Notes under the pieces: generated by a model
Database searches by the model: none
The model's input: only the letters and a program-made list of their open reading frames with translations
Told to the model about the DNA's origin: nothing
Position numbers and translations under genes: made by a program
Part shown: positions 19,011-25,901 of the stretch, piece after piece
Layout of the letters: every line of letters starts with the position of its first letter
How positions within the stretch are numbered: the first letter of the stretch is position 1
Assembly: GCA_963615035.1 (NCBI GenBank)
Contig: CAVEFW010000094.1
Coordinates: forward strand, 1 to 38,312
Direction: 5' to 3'
Length of the DNA: 38,312 nt
From: Phocaeicola dorei
GTDB lineage: Bacteria > Actinomycetota > Coriobacteriia > Coriobacteriales > Eggerthellaceae

Positions 19011-19814
19011 TTACTCTGACACATCCATCCAAGGAAATAAATCTTTCAAATTAGCGCGAATTTGGGCGGCAGTATCGGCTTTATCCTGCGAACTATCAAC
19101 CATCCGAATGCGCTCGGGATGTTGTTTTGCAAGAGTTAAATAAGCATTGTTTACCAAGTTGTGAAAATCCTCGCCCTCGCCCTCCATGCGGTCTAGCTTT
19201 GCGCAACTTTCACACTCCGCGTGATCTAGTTTTGCGCAACTTTCGCTCTCCATGCGGTCCATTGGTGCGCATTTTTCACTCTCAGTGCGATCTAGTGGCG
19301 CACAAGGTGCACAAACATCACGTGCGCCGTCGCAAAGGTCGCGTTCATGCACGCGGGCAAGACTTACATCTGCCCCACCACAGTGAAGCAAAATTGTACG
19401 GTGCGGAAAAACACCCATCGAAGCAAACGCGTTTGCGCTATCTATAAACGCTTTGTCGATGCCTCTGGCATACCCTTGATATGCAAGCGTCGAATCGATA
19501 AACCTATCGCACAACACCACCGCTCCGCGCTCTAGCGCAGGCGAAATCACCTCACTCACAATTTGAGCGCGTGCTGCCACATACAACAACAGCTCGCATC
19601 TTTCGCTCATTTCTTTATTTTCAGGGTCAAGCAAGGTTTCACGCACTTCTTCGCCAATTTTTGTGCCCCCAGGTTCACGCACACACACGACCTCATGCCC
19701 ATGCTCTTTTAAGGTGTGCGCCAACAGTTCAATATGAGTTGTTTTGCCAACGCCATCGCCGCCTTCAAAGGTTATGAACACGCCGTTTTTCGCATTGTTT
19801 GCAAAATCACCCAT
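19011..19814 (-). CDS. tmk: Thymidylate (dTMP) kinase with a 44-aa internal repeat insertion
   Basis: P-loop FITFEGGDGVGKTT, REPGGT, DRFIDSTLAYQGYARG, and a LID-like ADVSLARVHERD. The ATG overlaps the malic-enzyme stop by 8 nt (ATGGGTGA). Confidence 0.9.
   Translation of the reverse strand: MGDFANNAKNGVFITFEGGDGVGKTTHIELLAHTLKEHGHEVVCVREPGGTKIGEEVRETLLDPENKEMSERCELLLYVAARAQIVSEVISPALERGAVVLCDRFIDSTLAYQGYARGIDKAFIDSANAFASMGVFPHRTILLHCGGADVSLARVHERDLCDGARDVCAPCAPLDRTESEKCAPMDRMESESCAKLDHAECESCAKLDRMEGEGEDFHNLVNNAYLTLAKQHPERIRMVDSSQDKADTAAQIRANLKDLFPWMDVSE
19182..19313 (-). repeat. In-frame 4 x 33-nt degenerate tandem repeat inside tmk (11-aa units CAPCAPLDRTE / SEKCAPMDRME / SESCAKLDHAE / CESCAKLDRME)
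   Basis: Units start at 19182, 19215, 19248 and 19281 on the plus strand (ctccatgcgg..., ctccgcgtga..., ctccatgcgg..., ctcagtgcga...), so the period is exactly 33 nt. Confidence 0.9.
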
Positions 19815-20970
19815 GATTTTTCTTCCAACATTCGCTCACGGCGCCTGCCACCGCAGGTGCAGTGCTTGGATTGAAAGGGTCTGGCATAACGATGTTGCGC
19901 TCAAGTTCATCGACACTCACCAGATTTGAAAGTGCCACTGCCGCAGCCATCTTCATATCCTCGGTGATGCGCGTGGCTCGCGCCTCGAGCGCACCGCGAA
20001 AGATGCCAGGAAAAGCAATCACGTTGTTCACTTGATTGGGAAAATCAGACCTTCCCGTGCAAACCACGCGTGCGCCTGCCGCGTGCGCCACATCGGGCAT
20101 AATCTCGGGCACAGGGTTGGCGAGTGCCATGATGATGGGGTCGTCGTTCATGCTTTTCACCATGCTTGCATTCACGCAATCAGACACGCTCACGCCGATG
20201 AATATATCTGCGCCACAAAGCGCATCTACAAGATGCCCACTCTCGTCGTTTTTATTCGTTACTTCTAGCATCTCGCGTTTTGCACAATTTAGACGCTCAG
20301 ATTTGGAGTTCACGATGCCTTGACTATCACAGAGCAAAATGTTCTCAAAACCGTATGAAAGCAACAGCCTTGCGATAGCGATGCCCGCACTTCCCGCGCC
20401 ATTTATCACCACCTTACACGCGCTCGCACGCCTGCCCGTCACTTTCAGCGCACCTATCAGCCCGCACAACACCACGATAGCAGTGCCGTGCTGATCATCG
20501 TGAAACACAGGAATGTCAAGCGCTTCTATGAGCCTGCGTTCAATTTCAAAGCAACGTGGAGCTGATATGTCTTCCAAGTTTATGCCTCCAAAGATGGGGG
20601 CTATGCGCACGACTGTCTCCACAATTTCGTCTGTATCTTGCGTATCGAGGCATATAGGAAACGCATTCACGCCACCGAATGTTTTAAAAAGCGCACACTT
20701 GCCTTCCATCACAGGAGCCGCGGCATGAGCCCCTATATTTCCAAGCCCCAACACCGCACTGCCATCGCTTACCACGGCTACCGTGTTTTGCTTGCAGGTA
20801 TATATGTAAGCATCTTCCTTGTTTTTCGCTATTTCTCGACACGGCTGTGCCACACCTGGCGTATAGGCAAGCGCCAACTCTTCGTTGTTAGTGATTGCAG
20901 CCTTACTTACAATGTCTAACTTTCCTGCCCACTTTTTGTGCTCTTCAAGCGATTGTTCGTATATGTTCAC
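19807..20970 (-). CDS. NAD(P)-dependent malic enzyme, short form (no PTA-like domain)
   Basis: LAYTPGVA, VVSDGSAVLGLGNIG, GGINLEDISAP, FHDDQHGTAIV, and the Rossmann motif INGAGSAGIA. It has a GTG start preceded by aaggag with 5-nt spacing. Confidence 0.9.
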   Translation of the reverse strand: MNIYEQSLEEHKKWAGKLDIVSKAAITNNEELALAYTPGVAQPCREIAKNKEDAYIYTCKQNTVAVVSDGSAVLGLGNIGAHAAAPVMEGKCALFKTFGGVNAFPICLDTQDTDEIVETVVRIAPIFGGINLEDISAPRCFEIERRLIEALDIPVFHDDQHGTAIVVLCGLIGALKVTGRRASACKVVINGAGSAGIAIARLLLSYGFENILLCDSQGIVNSKSERLNCAKREMLEVTNKNDESGHLVDALCGADIFIGVSVSDCVNASMVKSMNDDPIIMALANPVPEIMPDVAHAAGARVVCTGRSDFPNQVNNVIAFPGIFRGALEARATRITEDMKMAAAVALSNLVSVDELERNIVMPDPFNPSTAPAVAGAVSECWKKNHG

Positions 20971-21021
20971 GTCATCTCCTTTTGTTTGCTTTTTACACTA
21001 CCCTATTCAGGGCGACCGTTT

Positions 21022-21042
21022 TTCACTTAAATATTAAGTGAA
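21022..21042. promoter_or_regulatory. Perfect 9-3-9 palindrome TTCACTTAA-ata-TTAAGTGAA, candidate operator in the maeB-side divergent intergenic region
   Basis: ttcacttaa (21022-21030) is the exact reverse complement of ttaagtgaa (21034-21042). It lies ~50 nt upstream of the malic-enzyme start. An extra half-site ttaagtgaac occurs at 21130..21139. Confidence 0.35.
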
Positions 21043-21137
21043 CTATGTAATATATTGTAATCATATTATGATAAAATTCCATTTCATGCGCGAGAACAGC
21101 ATGAAAAGGTTAATTATTTCGTAAAAATTTTAAGTGA

Positions 21138-21404
21138 ACTTCCTTAGAAAAGAAAACACCTATAGAACACATATTCGCTATGTTTTATTCATGGACACAT
21201 ACGACAGAAAAAGTAATCAACAGCGTGCAAGGAAGATATTTTCTTCCTGTGTTTGCGCTCTTCTTGCTTGCCCTGCGACCAAAATCTATGCAAACAAACA
21301 TCGATAGACAACATTGGCTTACCCTTGCCTATATGGGAATAAATTTAATGTTTCCTCGGGTTTGTCTATGCTCAAACTCTCTCACTTACAGGATAATTTT
21401 GTAA
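21138..21404 (+). pseudogene. Possible relic of the C-terminus of a DUF2142-type polysaccharide-associated membrane protein
   Basis: The 74-aa ORF (ATG 21180) contains SVQGRYFLPVFALFLLAL, which resembles the conserved (G)VQGRYF(L/I)P motif plus terminal TM helix of DUF2142 proteins. The frame is open only from 21138, so at most ~89 codons remain. I saw no convincing SD. Confidence 0.3.
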
Positions 21405-21495
21405 AATAGATGCCAATTAGATGTCGGTTTAAGCCAGTTAAACGCCAATCTGCAAACGCCGATTTGCGTGAATAGACATATAAAGGAGAAAACGC

Positions 21496-24042
21496 ATGTC
21501 ATACAAAATATCACTTATGTATCGCGGAGATGCAGTAGTTTATGCACTCATTGAATTCGATGAAATGCCCACTGGTTGCAAGCCAGCGGTGCGAGTTTTG
21601 TTGGGCAATCACAGCCTGCCTTGTGGCATATATGACGCACCGCAAGTGCTCACTTCCAACACCATGCTCACAGGTGCAATAAGGCGTAAAGAAGACAGAA
21701 AAAACGCACACGACGGGCATATCTTTGTGCTGGCTTATCCTTTGGTAAAGGCAACGGTAAAAATAGATATCGTTTTCAAAGATAAAAATGGACACACAAT
21801 AGCCACGGAAAAAAGTGTCAAAATTACCGAAAAGAAGACGAAATGGTTGTCGCGTTATTCGTATCGCTATCATGGCATGGAAGGTGGCGCCATTCGCGAT
21901 ATAGAGAAAAAATGCGAAGTAGATCAAATCACCACACAACCGCTGCGAATTTTACAAACTGAAGACGTGAAGCAAATCATAGTAAAAGGGCTTGTAGAAA
22001 TACCCGTAATCACTCATAAGAATACAACAGAAACACTAAATGTATACGAAAGCAACAACTCGTCTATGTTTAAAAATCTAAACGAAATAAAAGAACTTGC
22101 ATCTCCGTGTGTTTTGATTCTGGATAAACAAGGAAACAAATGCGAAAACGTAACGGTATACTTAGGAGAGCCCAAAATAATAAGCACTCGCGGGCGTGAA
22201 CGCATGCGCGTTTTTTTTAATGTCTTTTTGCCTCTTTACAGCAATTACAGTTGCATCATTTTTTATAGTCACTTACCAAAAGTTCGTCCAGCCTTTTTTT
22301 CCATAGAAACAAAATATCTGCACAGAAGAAAAGAGGAGCTCAACTTAGACGACCAGCTATATCGCGCACAACGCATCGATCGTTATCAGGCATGGCGTCT
22401 CACACAATTTATGCGCGGTCGACCTGCCTTTGCCCCTATGCCCACAGGCCCCACTTTCAGCATCGTAGTGCCGCTCTACAAAACACCGAAGAAGTTTTTT
22501 CACGAGATGTATGAATCTGTTTTGCACCAATCATACGAAAAATGGGAACTGGTACTGGTAAACGCAAGCCCTGATGATGCGCAATTACGGTCACAACTCA
22601 ACAAAATTGACGATGCGCGTGTAAAGATTATCACGCTTGATGAAAACTTGGGCATTGCAGATAACACTAACGCAGGCATAAAAGCAGCCACAGGCGATTA
22701 TATTTGTCTGCTCGACCACGACGACATTCTTGATTTAGATGTGTTGAGCGAATATGCACAAGCGATCACGCGTGACCCCGAAATTGATGTGCTCTATTGC
22801 GATGAAGATTTTTATGCTGAAAACGACGGATGTCAAACGCCCCAGTTCAAATCTGACTTCAACATAGACCTTCTAAGAAGCGGAAATTACATAGCACATT
22901 TATTATGTGTGCGTGACACCCTTATTAAAAACAATCTTGAACGCGCTGAATACGATGGTGCGCAAGATTACGATTTAGTGTTAAGGCTCTCAGAAAAAAC
23001 GAATAGGTTTCATCACATTCCACGCGTGCTCTATCATTGGCGAGTTCACGATAAATCAACATCGCAGTCGACCGACAATAAAAAATATGCCATGGATTCT
23101 GGCGTGCGAGCACTTCAATCACACATGGAACGTGTGGGAATTAAAGGACAAGCAACCAACGCCATGCGCCCGTGTTTATATCGCATGAAGTTTTCTTTTG
23201 ATGAATATCCGCTTGTGTCAATAATCATTCCCAACAAAGATGCAGCACATTATTTAAAAAAGTGCATCGATTCAATAGAAGAAAAGACCACATGGAAAAA
23301 TTTTGAAATAATCGTAGTAGAAAACAACAGCGAAACAATTGACGTGTTCAATCTATATGAGGAACTTGAAACATGCTATGAAAACGTGCGTGTTGTAGCG
23401 TGGGAAGGCGACTTTAATTATTCCGAGATAAACAATTTTGGAGCAACTTTTGCGAATGGAGAATATCTGATATTACTCAACAATGACACAGAAGTTATAA
23501 CGCCAAAATGGATTGAAGAAATGCTCGGATTTTGCAAGCGCGCGGATGTGGGGGCAGTGGGAGTTAAGTTGTTCTATCCCGACAACACCATCCAACACGC
23601 TGGAATATGCATTATGCAACCTCGTTTTCTTAGCGGAATTTCCTCACCTGCAAATGTATATCAATTTCACGAAAGAACATATCAAGGAAGTTCTGGCAGA
23701 TGGCAACTTGCTCAAAACATGATGGCAGTTACTGGTGCATGCATGATGACCTCTGCCACTGATTACGCTCGTGTGGGTGGAATGAGCAAAGAATTCGCTG
23801 TAGATTATAATGATGTTGACTATTGCCTTAAACTAAGAGAGGCAGGGTTGCTTATCACATATACTCCTTACGCCGAACTTTATCATCACGAAAGCATTAG
23901 TCGCAGCATAAGCTCAGAATATACAGACCACAAAAGTCGCGCTCGCTGCGAACACGAACGCGGGCTTTTACTCTCGCGTTGGAGCGACGTGATGTGCGAG
24001 CCAGACCCTTACTTCGGCGCAGCATCCCAAGTGATAATCTAG
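21496..24042 (+). CDS. Bifunctional family-2 glycosyltransferase (unknown ~315-aa N-terminal domain plus two intact GT-A domains)
   Basis: The ATG is preceded by aaaggag. GT2 domain 1 is FSIVVPLYKTPKKFFHEMYESVLHQSYEKWELVLVNASPDD ... YICLLDHDD ... DVLYCDEDFY ... FKSDFNIDLLRSGNYIAH ... GAQDYDL ... VLYHWRVH. GT2 domain 2 is VSIIIPNKD...FEIIVVENNS...LLNNDTEV...GACMM...DVDYCLKLREAG. Confidence 0.85.
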   Translation: MSYKISLMYRGDAVVYALIEFDEMPTGCKPAVRVLLGNHSLPCGIYDAPQVLTSNTMLTGAIRRKEDRKNAHDGHIFVLAYPLVKATVKIDIVFKDKNGHTIATEKSVKITEKKTKWLSRYSYRYHGMEGGAIRDIEKKCEVDQITTQPLRILQTEDVKQIIVKGLVEIPVITHKNTTETLNVYESNNSSMFKNLNEIKELASPCVLILDKQGNKCENVTVYLGEPKIISTRGRERMRVFFNVFLPLYSNYSCIIFYSHLPKVRPAFFSIETKYLHRRKEELNLDDQLYRAQRIDRYQAWRLTQFMRGRPAFAPMPTGPTFSIVVPLYKTPKKFFHEMYESVLHQSYEKWELVLVNASPDDAQLRSQLNKIDDARVKIITLDENLGIADNTNAGIKAATGDYICLLDHDDILDLDVLSEYAQAITRDPEIDVLYCDEDFYAENDGCQTPQFKSDFNIDLLRSGNYIAHLLCVRDTLIKNNLERAEYDGAQDYDLVLRLSEKTNRFHHIPRVLYHWRVHDKSTSQSTDNKKYAMDSGVRALQSHMERVGIKGQATNAMRPCLYRMKFSFDEYPLVSIIIPNKDAAHYLKKCIDSIEEKTTWKNFEIIVVENNSETIDVFNLYEELETCYENVRVVAWEGDFNYSEINNFGATFANGEYLILLNNDTEVITPKWIEEMLGFCKRADVGAVGVKLFYPDNTIQHAGICIMQPRFLSGISSPANVYQFHERTYQGSSGRWQLAQNMMAVTGACMMTSATDYARVGGMSKEFAVDYNDVDYCLKLREAGLLITYTPYAELYHHESISRSISSEYTDHKSRARCEHERGLLLSRWSDVMCEPDPYFGAASQVII

Positions 24043-24159
24043 GCTAGAGTGCGCGCGGGTGTGCTGCTTATGAACACGAATTGCTCGCACTATTATCTAG
24101 CACTATTAACTGCACTGTTAGTTTTACGCCCACAGATCACGTTTGCGCACATCAGGGTT

Positions 24160-25897
24160 TTAACTAAACAGACTCGATATGCTATTGTAAAGCTCTGGGT
24201 TGGCAATGAGCACGCTGTCCCACTGAGTAGGCTCGATGGTGGTGAGTGCGCACATCAGAACTGAATAGGTCATCATTATGCCCACCACCACGCGCATGAC
24301 CACACATGATGCACTTCGCACGCGTTTAGTTTTGTGCGCAAACACACTCCACCCTTCGCTGCTTGTAAGTTTGTAGATATTCAGAAGCGCAACGATGCCC
24401 CAAAGATACACGAAATCCGTGAAATAACGCTTGTAGACACCACAAAGTTTCGCATCGATATATAAAATAATGCAACCCATCACGAATGCTGAGATGCGCA
24501 AAAATTTTGTTCCTTGAATTTCTTTGTTTATTTTCACAAAAGGGCTTGCGCACACAAACAACAGCGCAGGAATCAAGAAAATTATGCCGCCATGCATGGG
24601 AGTCTGGGGCACCCAATCAAGAAATTCAAATTGCGTGGTGGTGATCCAAGGAAATTCATTTATAAACACTGGCTCTTGGATGAGATAGTAAAACAGACAT
24701 TGCAGGGTGTCCCTTTTTCTTTGCACATAGTTTTGCATGTCGAAACCTGTGAGATTGTAGAAACTGCCGTTGTTTAAAGGTTGTCCAAAGCGTGCCATGT
24801 TGTATAAACATAATGGTGCCAAGCACACTATTACGGCCGCTACAATCCCCACACTTGTGCCCACGCTTCTCTTTGAGAAAAGCACTCGGTCTTGAAATAT
24901 TTCGCGCCAGAACAGCGGAAAGGCAAGAAGAGCTGCCAGCATGAATTGCGGACGTGCGCCGAAGTTGAGCACCATCAGGGCACTGCCTGCCACAAGCCAG
25001 CCTGTGGGTTGTTTTATGGCAACGTGCTTTGCGTGAGATTTCGCGTTAGAACAAGAGCGGAGGCGAGACTTAACGTGAAGGCGGGAGTGAGACTCACCGT
25101 GAAATTCAGCACGAGTGCCAGATGCTGCCGCGCACGCCTTGCGCGAAGATTTCGAGTTGGCACTACTTGGATATGCGCTTGCATACTTTCGCTTCGCGTG
25201 CACCCAGCACGCAAGACCTGCGAATGTGAGCACGAGCGAAAAAGCCAAAGGAATGTAGTAAAACCTCTTACAGAATGCAATGTCGAACACGTTGCTTGAG
25301 AGAGCCATGAGCAAAAACCCAACAACGAGCGCAAAAAGCGGAGGCTTGTTTTTATAGAACCACGAAGCCAACTCATAGACAAACACGGCACATGCGATAA
25401 TGGCTAAGATGCACAAAAAAAGCGTCGCGTCGGGCGTTGAGAGATCGGTGCCTGTGGCAAGCAAGTAAGGCAAATATACAAACACGGCAGGCAAAACACC
25501 GAAGTAAGTGTAGTAGTGCCCCTCATAGAAGGCATAATCCCAATAGATGGTGGCACCTGTTTCACAAATCAGTTCATAACGAGCGTTGAAGTCATATGGG
25601 TTGTCGAGTTGTGCGAGACCTGCATCGACTGGCAAATCGAGATATAGGTGACCTTCGCTGAGCGCTCGTGCCAGATGAGCATACTGATTATTGTCGATAG
25701 TATGCAAAAACCCAGGATGCAAAAACGCATTATGATATGCACTATAAGTTGCAGTGGTGTTATAAACGCCCACTACTGCCACTATCACAAGCAACACTAA
25801 AACCAAATATGTGCTCCACTTTGCAACACCATACACGGGCATTTTCTGCTTTGAGGCGTGAGATTTTTTTGTTTTGATTCCATCAACTCTACTCATA
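24160..25897 (-). CDS. Polytopic (~12 TM) membrane protein, putative GT-C-fold glycosyltransferase or polymer-modifying enzyme
   Basis: About 12 hydrophobic segments. A large first extracytoplasmic loop carries IDNNQYAHLARALSEGHLYLDLP...NPYD...WDYAFYEGHYYTYFGVLP, reminiscent of ArnT/PMT-like GT-C loop 1. The preferred start is the ATG at 25897, with ggagag 9 nt upstream and 5 nt after the stop of the upstream gene. The ORF track begins at the TTG at 25905. The gene call is firm, but the product is only a fold-level guess. Confidence 0.6.
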
Positions 25898-25901
25898 CGC
25901 T

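Noticed and set aside
18961-19143. 60-aa plus-strand ORF downstream of tmk
   Set aside because: It overlaps the tmk 3' end in antisense and the adhesin promoter region, and has no coding features.
24049-24264. 71-aa plus-strand ORF in the convergent gap after the 848-aa GT
   Set aside because: It overlaps the 3' end of the membrane-protein gene on the opposite strand and has no SD. A direct 9-nt repeat gcactatta (x2) occurs there, but I could not link it to a hairpin or terminator.
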